DNA of 12,947 nucleotides from a virus: UHGV virus genome UHGV-0093871; one strand, 5' to 3'. Shown piece by piece: positions 6,751 to 12,947 of this stretch (position 1 is its first letter; each line of letters starts with the position of its first letter). The notes under the pieces were generated by a model. It saw only the letters and a program-made list of their open reading frames with translations, ran no database searches and was not told where the DNA came from. The position numbers and the translations under genes were made by a program.

Positions 6751-7425
6751 TCAATCATAGGCCGCTGTATTTATGGCGGTTAATGAAATGCCAGTATTCG
6801 TTCCCCCTCCAGGTGAACCTGCCCCAGTGGAGGTCCCCCCTGCGTTTATCCTCGTATTGGCCCCGTCAAACCTGCATGAAGAATAAGCATTTATCGTGTA
6901 GATAGTCGGAGGCTGGGTTGAATTATTCACAATGATGGTCTGACCCAACTGAGCAGGTGCAACGGCCCATGACCCGCTCAGCGTCTGGTCAATATTTATC
7001 CCGCCGTTTGCACCAGGCGTGCCAACCGTCTGCAGGTCTGATAGCACACGGGACTCATTAGTTAACACAAGCTTTCCGCTCGCATCCCATATTGCCAAAC
7101 CCCATTTCGGTAATATCTGCGGGAATATGGCAAAAACGTACGCCGTTAAAGTGAAACTTTGGTTGTAGGGATTAACACCAGCAACATACACATTACCGCC
7201 GTTCCTGTAAGACATAACCGGAGTGGGCTGTGCTGTATTGGTGGTTTTGATAAAAACCATCACTGGGTAATCAGCGTTTAAAGCGATATTTTGAGCAACC
7301 TGCTGAGAACTGCCATTCGCGGATGAATTGAAGGTATACTTCCCGTAAAGACAGAAAGGCGTTGATTGTGGCGTTACAAAGGGATTCCCGTTATCCATTA
7401 ATATCATCGCGCCAAATTCGGCCAT
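6751..7425 (-). CDS. Hypothetical phage tail-associated protein (224 aa)
   Basis: ATG at 7425 overlaps the upstream stop (TAATG coupling). Gly/Thr/Asn-rich; sits between the J-like gene and the lipoprotein gene. Confidence 0.5.
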   Translation of the reverse strand: MAEFGAMILMDNGNPFVTPQSTPFCLYGKYTFNSSANGSSQQVAQNIALNADYPVMVFIKTTNTAQPTPVMSYRNGGNVYVAGVNPYNQSFTLTAYVFAIFPQILPKWGLAIWDASGKLVLTNESRVLSDLQTVGTPGANGGINIDQTLSGSWAVAPAQLGQTIIVNNSTQPPTIYTINAYSSCRFDGANTRINAGGTSTGAGSPGGGTNTGISLTAINTAAYD

Positions 7426-7727
7426 TATGCTTTCTCCATGAAAACGACCACCTCACATTTAGAGGCCGGGTAATTACCCAGGCCCACAGAAGAGGCTGCG
7501 GTTACGGTTATTGTGTTCCCTGACGCGACAATGCTCCTCCCTACGCTGTTACCTCCTTCATCAAGTGAGAGCGCAAAACCGACCTTCATTCCTGAGGGTA
7601 CCGTGAAAGACCAGCTGCCGGAGTTTTGTCCGGCGGCAAGTTGTATACGTCCAACAACGGAAACGGGCTTGATTCCGTAGTTGTTGGGGTTTCCCGAAGC
7701 ATCCCAGGTCTGTATTCCATAAGCCAT
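7425..7727 (-). CDS. Hypothetical phage tail-associated protein (100 aa)
   Basis: ATG at 7727, 1 nt after the J-like stop; the ORF is tightly coupled to both neighbours. Confidence 0.5.
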   Translation of the reverse strand: MAYGIQTWDASGNPNNYGIKPVSVVGRIQLAAGQNSGSWSFTVPSGMKVGFALSLDEGGNSVGRSIVASGNTITVTAASSVGLGNYPASKCEVVVFMEKA

Positions 7728-7728
7728 A

Positions 7729-9501
7729 TCAGAACACCCCCGTTAATCGGCCAACCTGCACTCTCAGAACGTTGTTGCCATCCTTGACGCTGATTGTCTG
7801 GTTGGTCTGCTTCATGGCTCCCTCCCCAGCTGTCGAACCGTAGTTCTCAAACGTCCCGGACTTATCCAGTTTCCAGCCAACAGAGCCGGCAACATAATTG
7901 TTCGACTGGATGTAATTGCCAATTTTTGCATTGCTTATGGTCCCGTCGCCAATGACTGTATCCCTGATAATGGCCTGGCCATTCTGGATAACGAACGGCA
8001 GTGTTACAGTCCCGCCGACCATAGTAGTCACGGCGAAACGGTCTGCCAGGAAGATTACCTGTGACTGCATGCCGGAGGGTGTATTTTGAACCCCAATACC
8101 CATCCCGGCAGCGTAATACTGCCCGTTACTGGACACCCCCACCTTGATGTTATACATCGCGCTGAGGTTACCGTTTACATCTGCTATAGCCTGTGCGTTG
8201 ACGTTTATCGCTGCACTGTTTTCGCCTGATTTAACAGTCAGAGTGTTGATTTTTGTTGCCGAAGCCTGGGTGAAATCAGCAAGAGTTTCTGTCAGGTCCG
8301 TTGAGTTAGAGATATTGCCACCAGCTTCTGCATCCAGTGTGACCAGCGCGCGTGCGACCGCCTGGCTGGTATCGGCAATCGTAGTATCCACTCTGTCTAT
8401 ACTGGCACTGTTCCCGGCGTTCGTGGCGGTCTGCGAGCGACGGCTTACCACCTGCGCCAGCCCATTCTGAATAATCGCGATTGCCGAGTTCTTCACTCCT
8501 CCCGTCATGCCGTCCATCGACACAGAAATCTCGTCGATCTTCACTTCGGCCTGAGCCAGCCCGTCAGCGTTCTCCAGGATGTCTTTCGCCTGCTGCTCGA
8601 GTTCGTCGGCATGGTTTTTAATTTCGTCAGCCATGCCAGCAATTTTTTCGTTGCTGTCCACCGCGTTCTCGATCAGGTCCTTGAAGGTATCGGAGTCTTT
8701 AATTTCCTCCAGGATCACGTCTGTGATGTCGGAAACATCGATGCTGGCCTGTCCTCGCACCCATTCTGTGTACCCTGATTCGTTGCCGCTGCGGTCCACC
8801 AGCTGCGCGCGGTACCAGAAAATCTGCCCGGCCTTAAGGCCCATCTGCTGATATTTGCGCTGCGGGTAAGGCACATCGGCCAGCAGCATTGCATCGTCCT
8901 CGGTACCGGTCAGGCTATACTGAATTTCCGTCTTCAGCGTGTCGTCGGTATTCGCCGGGAATCCCCAGTTCAGCTCGATGCCGAAAACCACATTTTCAGA
9001 AGCGATGAAGCCAACCGGCTTCGGTGGATTGCCCACTTTACCCGTCAGCGTTTTCTCTTCTGAATAGCCCCATCCGGATGAAATTTCTGCGGCATTGATT
9101 GCGCGCACCCGCACCAGGTAGCGCCCGGCATAAATCCCCGGGACGTCGAATGACGTGGTGGAGGTGCGCGGCACGTTAACCCAGTTCCCGTCGTTGCGGC
9201 GCCACTGCGCTTCATAGGCGATAGCGTTCTGCGCCTGGTCCCAGCTCACGCGCATCGTTTCGACGCTGATATTTTGCTGCACCACGGAAAACGAGCTGAT
9301 CACGATGTTGTCAGGCGGCGACTGGTTACCCGGCGGGATCACGCTCACCGGCCGCTGGTCAATGATGGCTCCGGTATCGATGCGGGCATATTTATCCGGG
9401 TCGTGCCATGCGCCGGTGATTGAGAAAGTGCCATCACCGTTGCAGCAGATCGTCATACGCCAGACAGAGCGCTGAGATCGAGCTGTCCAGGTTCGCCACA
9501 C
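7729..9501 (-). CDS. Lambda J-like host-specificity (central tail fibre) protein, C-terminal ~590 aa; probably N-terminally truncated
   Basis: Fibronectin-III-like central region and C-terminal domain typical of J-family proteins. The frame opens at a GTG directly after an in-frame stop (9502-9504) with no RBS, and overlaps the truncated L-like ORF. Confidence 0.6.
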   Translation of the reverse strand: MWRTWTARSQRSVWRMTICCNGDGTFSITGAWHDPDKYARIDTGAIIDQRPVSVIPPGNQSPPDNIVISSFSVVQQNISVETMRVSWDQAQNAIAYEAQWRRNDGNWVNVPRTSTTSFDVPGIYAGRYLVRVRAINAAEISSGWGYSEEKTLTGKVGNPPKPVGFIASENVVFGIELNWGFPANTDDTLKTEIQYSLTGTEDDAMLLADVPYPQRKYQQMGLKAGQIFWYRAQLVDRSGNESGYTEWVRGQASIDVSDITDVILEEIKDSDTFKDLIENAVDSNEKIAGMADEIKNHADELEQQAKDILENADGLAQAEVKIDEISVSMDGMTGGVKNSAIAIIQNGLAQVVSRRSQTATNAGNSASIDRVDTTIADTSQAVARALVTLDAEAGGNISNSTDLTETLADFTQASATKINTLTVKSGENSAAINVNAQAIADVNGNLSAMYNIKVGVSSNGQYYAAGMGIGVQNTPSGMQSQVIFLADRFAVTTMVGGTVTLPFVIQNGQAIIRDTVIGDGTISNAKIGNYIQSNNYVAGSVGWKLDKSGTFENYGSTAGEGAMKQTNQTISVKDGNNVLRVQVGRLTGVF

Positions 9502-9775
9502 TCAGTTTTGGCTGTGGACTGGTACCGTCCGTAGTCGCTTCAATACCCTCAACCTGACACGGCCAGGCTTTATACTCCTCCCCCTGCCACCAGATGGACT
9601 TCGCCGGAAGTTTATTCTCATCCCCGCCTGCAGCCTCAATCTCTTCCGGGGTATGCGCGATATTATGTGCGTGGAAGCGGAGTACATCTGACATACCGAA
9701 CGCTGTGCCATCGACAGAAAAAAGCCGGACTTCATTGCCCGGCTCGAGTTTTTGATAATCAGCATTAAGACTCAT
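9434..9775 (-). pseudogene. Lambda L-like minor tail protein, N-terminal half only (113 aa against ~232 expected)
   Basis: IWWQGEEYKAWPCQVEGIEATTDGTSPQPKLSVANL resembles the lambda gpL N-terminal region (VTWQGRQYQPYPIQ...RPTLTVSNL) as I recall it. The ORF ends prematurely and no K or I homologues follow. Confidence 0.5.
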
Positions 9776-10119
9776 GGTGCAAATGCCTGTTCAAACGTTG
9801 CGGTTACGGTTATCACTTTTACGTTTTTAACCACCTTTTTGAGCGTGTCAGCCTCGACACGCCACAGCGCGGTATCGCCGAAAGGCGGTGTGAAAATAAA
9901 CGACTTCACTTTATGCCGCCGAAGGAAAGCGTGAATTTCATTCGCTGTAGTCGGATCCCCTGAAAAGGAATATTCATAGGTACGAATCTCATCATTCAGG
10001 CCGGAGCCGCTCACCTGTGCGTACCCGTCGCCGAACTGGACCTTCCTGACTGTGTCTTTGCTTCCCTCGGTGGGCTGGCTGGAAACCTTAATGCCCCAGG
10101 GGAATGTTTCTATCGTCAT
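9772..10119 (-). CDS. Lambda M-like minor tail protein (115 aa)
   Basis: VRKVQFGDGYAQVSGSGLN...KSFIFTPPF resembles lambda gpM (VRKVRFGDGYSQ...KSFLWTPPY). ATGA overlap with the downstream L-like start. Confidence 0.65.
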   Translation of the reverse strand: MTIETFPWGIKVSSQPTEGSKDTVRKVQFGDGYAQVSGSGLNDEIRTYEYSFSGDPTTANEIHAFLRRHKVKSFIFTPPFGDTALWRVEADTLKKVVKNVKVITVTATFEQAFAP

Positions 10120-10124
10120 AACTG

Positions 10125-10592
10125 TTACCTGCGATTGGTCGCATTCCAGATAAGCCCACCGGGCTGGATTGCCCTGGCGATACCATCGTTGACAGATTTG
10201 TTAATCACCTGCTGATACGCCTTACCCAGCCTGTCTCCGTCGTTTTGCTGCTGTGCGTTACCGGAAGCATTCTCGACCGTCACCGGGGCATACACACTGA
10301 CACCGAAAGGTGCTGCAGCCGGGCCTGTACCACCGCCCCCGACATACCCACCCGTGGCATACCCTTTCATCATCCGGTAAAGATTGCCGACGCCGATCCG
10401 GCTGGTAGCCTCTTTGGTGAAAACAAATTCACCACGGTGAACGACACCTGCAGGTTCATATTTCCCGCCTGAACCGGTATAACCGCCACCTGCAAATCCC
10501 AGCGCGGTTGTCGCTGAATCCACCAGGCCTAGCCGAACTGGAGGCTGATTTAGCAGGGCTGACCGAAGACCACCAGAAAGCGACTGAGTCAA
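10125..10592 (-). pseudogene. Tail tape-measure protein, C-terminal remnant
   Basis: GGGYTGSGGKYEPAGVVHRGEFVFTKEATSRIGVGNLYR is a motif I recall from tape-measure C-termini. Recognisable sequence begins about 30 aa into the ORF (~10505); the first 30 aa are antisense to the plus-strand gene and are not real. Confidence 0.45.
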
Positions 10593-10903
10593 TTAAGCAG
10601 GCTGATGCAGCTGTTAAGTTGGCACACGAGAAGTTTTCGGCGCTGGCGGCGGAGAATGCGATGTTGAAGCAACGGACACAGCAACTTATCGACATCATTA
10701 GTAATACTGACAATGACTACTGCATGTGTGGTTCTGCTATGAAAGACCACGTGCACAGCGGATGTGGTTATAGCATGTTGCATCGCGTCGATTTTGACGA
10801 GCCTTACCACACTGAAATGGTTTACAGGCAGCATCAGGTTCTTGAGGCACTGCACAACGCTGGAATAAACGTCACCGAAGCAGGTAAAGGAGAGGCATCA
10901 TGA
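10508..10903 (+). CDS. Hypothetical protein, probably 5'-truncated: coiled-coil segment plus Cys/His-rich motif
   Basis: TTG start with no RBS. Predicted coiled coil (LAELEADLAGLTEDHQKATESIKQADAAVKLAHEKF...) then CMCGSAMKDHVHSGCGY. The stop overlaps the next ATG (ATGA). Confidence 0.4.
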   Translation: MSLNPPGLAELEADLAGLTEDHQKATESIKQADAAVKLAHEKFSALAAENAMLKQRTQQLIDIISNTDNDYCMCGSAMKDHVHSGCGYSMLHRVDFDEPYHTEMVYRQHQVLEALHNAGINVTEAGKGEAS

Positions 10904-11466
10904 GCACTATCACAAGAGAATGGCTGCAGCAGGCTATCAACGATTATGAAAGCGTTCGTGATGAGCTTCCTTTCGGGCTTGATGATTACCAGGGGAATAT
11001 CCTGGCTGCCCTGCGTATCGCACTGGCATCGCTGGAAGCAGAGCCTGTGGCGTGGGCGCACAGATTAATCAACAAGCGTAACGGAGTCGTTCACCCTTGG
11101 GTTTACGGTAGCGCAGAGGCGTGTCCAAGCGAGGGGGATATCTTCAATATTGAGGTAATGCCGCTCTACACCGCCCCGCCAGCGCCGGTATCTGTGCCCG
11201 CTGCGATGGAAATTGATGATGACTTTGACAGCGCGTTTGAACACGGAAAAGCTGTCGGCTGGAACGCCTATCGCGCCGCCATGCTTCATGGTGCCGATGG
11301 TACCCTCACTAATGAGGATACCAAACGGGTGGGCGAGTTGGTCATGTGGATTAAGCGTTTAGCCCATTCACTGAGAAAATCAAATCCTGACAGCAAGTTA
11401 CAAAGCGATGCAATGGACTACTTGAGCCGGAAGGGGTTAATTGGTGTGAAGGATATACTGCGATGA
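10900..11466 (+). CDS. Hypothetical phage protein (188 aa)
   Basis: ATG with AGGAGA RBS; ATGA overlaps at both ends indicate a translationally coupled operon. Confidence 0.55.
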   Translation: MSTITREWLQQAINDYESVRDELPFGLDDYQGNILAALRIALASLEAEPVAWAHRLINKRNGVVHPWVYGSAEACPSEGDIFNIEVMPLYTAPPAPVSVPAAMEIDDDFDSAFEHGKAVGWNAYRAAMLHGADGTLTNEDTKRVGELVMWIKRLAHSLRKSNPDSKLQSDAMDYLSRKGLIGVKDILR

Positions 11467-11822
11467 TGAAAGATAAAGGCCTGACTGATGATGTGCTGGA
11501 CGAGATTATTGCTGGAGCCAAAACATCGATGGAGCAGTATCTCGCTCTATCGCTTAAGGCTGAGCGTGCTGCCAAACAAAAGTCCGATAGCAACTCTCCG
11601 GTAACTCCGGATGGTTGGATAAGCTGTAGTGAGCGAATGCCAGATGATGGTCAGCACGTAATTATTATATGTGATGGCGCATTCGTTCTTTATGCGCAAT
11701 ATCGAGACGGTGAGTTTTTTGATGTCGTCCGTGATGGTGATGAATTTTTCGAAACGCAGAGCCGCAACGTCACACACTGGATGCCGCTACCAGAACCGCC
11801 GCAGGAGGTTAACCGTGGCTAA
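11463..11822 (+). CDS. DUF551-like phage protein (119 aa)
   Basis: The C-terminal pattern WISCSERMPDDGQHVII...VTHWMPLPEPP matches the DUF551 signature common in enterobacterial prophage early regions. Confidence 0.6.
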   Translation: MMKDKGLTDDVLDEIIAGAKTSMEQYLALSLKAERAAKQKSDSNSPVTPDGWISCSERMPDDGQHVIIICDGAFVLYAQYRDGEFFDVVRDGDEFFETQSRNVTHWMPLPEPPQEVNRG

Positions 11823-11922
11823 CCTGCAACTTGCCGTCAAAGGTGAATAACAATCCTCGAACTCGCGGGGATTTCTTTTATCTGAACTCGCTACGGCGAG
11901 TTTTGTTTTATGGAGATGATAA

Positions 11923-12090
11923 ATGCACTTCCGAGTCACAGGTGAATGGAATGGAGAACCATTCAACAGAGTTATCGAAGCAGAGGACTTCAACGACTGC
12001 TATAACCACTGGATGCTATGGGCGCAGATAGCGCATGCAGACGTAACAAATATTCGAATTAAAGAACTGAAAGAACACCAAGCCGCCTGA
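11923..12090 (+). CDS. Candidate small protein (55 aa) not in the ORF track
   Basis: ATG at 11923 with GGAG 7 nt upstream; translates to MHFRVTGEWNGEPFNRVIEAEDFNDCYNHWMLWAQIAHADVTNIRIKELKEHQAA. Its TGA stop sits in the loop of the terminator hairpin. Confidence 0.35.
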   Translation: MHFRVTGEWNGEPFNRVIEAEDFNDCYNHWMLWAQIAHADVTNIRIKELKEHQAA

Positions 12091-12102
12091 TGGCGGTTTT
12101 TT
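12081..12102 (+). terminator. Rho-independent terminator ending the plus-strand operon
   Basis: Stem CCGCC (12083-12087) / GGCGG (12092-12096), loop TGAT, followed by T6 (12097-12102). Confidence 0.65.
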
Positions 12103-12147
12103 ATTGCCTGATTTGCAGGTTCGATTCCCTATTCGGAGATAGCACTC

Positions 12148-12348
12148 ATGCAACACGAACTACAACCTGATTCACTGGTTGATTTGAAATTCATCATGGC
12201 TGATACTGGCTTTGGTAAAACCTTCATCTACGACCGGATTAAGTCCGGCGACCTGCCTAAAGCCAAAGTTATCCACGGTCGAGCAAGATGGTTATATCGT
12301 GACCATTGTGAATTCAAAAATAAGCTCTTAAGCCGCGCCAATGGGTAA
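12148..12348 (+). CDS. AlpA-family (excisionase-like) HTH regulator, 66 aa
   Basis: ATG with GGAGA RBS. IMADTGFGKTFIYDRIKSGDLPKAKVIHGRARWL fits the AlpA pattern (TG...IY..I..G.FP..v..G....W). Confidence 0.6.
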   Translation: MQHELQPDSLVDLKFIMADTGFGKTFIYDRIKSGDLPKAKVIHGRARWLYRDHCEFKNKLLSRANG

Positions 12349-12531
12349 AATAGCGGGTAAAATATTTTTCACATCTAAAAAACACCATTCCAATCAATCC
12401 CCTGCCGCTTTAAGTAGATGTCTGCAGGGGACACCATCCTTGTGTTTATCCCTAAAACCACATAAAAACCGTAAATTAAATTCGAACTAGCAGGCCGAAT
12501 AAGGCACACCAGGAACTCGTGGTTTTATTCA

Positions 12532-12947
12532 TTATGAAGTGGTTTTTACCTGTTCTCTTAGCCAGGTAATAAACGCTTCAATTTTTGGCCACTGCCTGCC
12601 CGGTAATGTGGTGATGTAATAATGCTGATGGCATTTCACCGTCATATCGCCAAACGGCGCGACGAGCTCACCACTGGCAAGCCTTTTTTGTACCAGGCGT
12701 TTTCTTCCCATCGCCACCCCAATATGATTCATCGCGGCAATAACAGCTAAATCAGAACGATCAAAGCCAATTCCAGAAGATGTCGGCAAATTAACCGCAT
12801 AATGTTGCGCCCAACTATGCCATTCATCCGTACCGGAGTCGTTGCTCCATGCCTGTCTGTCATGGAGCAACGTACAGTGACACAGGTTAATTGTAAGCGT
12901 CGTCTGAGTACCGTCTGGTCCCGAATCCAGGATCCTGTAACTTAAGC
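12532..12947 (-). CDS. LysR-family regulator (GcvA-like), C-terminal effector domain only; 5' end lies beyond the window
   Basis: The frame is open from the window edge to the stop at 12532. LLHD...W...GIGFDRSDLAVIAAMNHIGVAMGRKRLVQKRLASGELVAPFGD resembles the GcvA C-terminal region (ALANNVMAQSEIEAGRLVCPFND) as I recall it. Probably a host flanking gene. Confidence 0.6.
   Translation of the reverse strand, partial: LSYRILDSGPDGTQTTLTINLCHCTLLHDRQAWSNDSGTDEWHSWAQHYAVNLPTSSGIGFDRSDLAVIAAMNHIGVAMGRKRLVQKRLASGELVAPFGDMTVKCHQHYYITTLPGRQWPKIEAFITWLREQVKTTS

Noticed and set aside
10456-10713. Minus-strand 85-aa ORF and the first ~30 aa of the tape-measure remnant ORF
   Set aside because: Both are antisense to the plus-strand gene and are Cys/Ser-rich with no homology-like features; tape-measure similarity starts only near 10505.
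11831-12031. The 66-aa track ORF as the last gene of the plus-strand operon
   Set aside because: Alternative start with no RBS; the overlapping frame at 11923-12090 has a strong RBS and a stop inside the terminator.
12349-12531. A tRNA gene or tRNA-derived attachment site at the right end
   Set aside because: No cloverleaf-compatible arrangement or GTTCGA(A/T)TCC T-loop motif was seen; only a dyad-symmetric element is present.
1-12947. CRISPR array or rRNA/tRNA genes anywhere in the window
   Set aside because: There are no regularly spaced short direct repeats, and no stretch lacks ORFs with rRNA- or tRNA-like features; the only strong repeats are the 70-bp pair and the inverted repeats described above.

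Overview
This window reads as a mosaic, partly decayed prophage or island segment from an enterobacterium, judged from protein motifs in the supplied ORF translations and from manual inspection of the DNA; no database search was possible. Left to right: the 3' end of a P4-like tyrosine integrase gene (3-125); a candidate ~2.7 kb IS-like element bounded by 20-bp imperfect inverted repeats that carries an Ant-like ORF6N gene and an intact-looking ISL3-family transposase (353-3020); a tail-fibre locus (3055-6345) with one expressed fibre gene and two silent, promoterless alternative C-terminal cassettes, each starting at a gix/hix-like crossover site with a GA core; a Cor-like lipoprotein gene; a decayed lambda-like tail module on the minus strand (C-terminal J fragment, truncated L, M, tape-measure remnant); a plus-strand block of small translationally coupled genes including a DUF551 protein; an AlpA-like gene; and the 3' part of a LysR/GcvA-family regulator at the right edge. 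The most interesting feature is the three-cassette fibre switching locus: recombination at the cores would give in-frame fusions, yet no serine invertase gene is present in the window, and the IS-like element sits where one would be expected. No rRNA, tRNA or CRISPR array was found.
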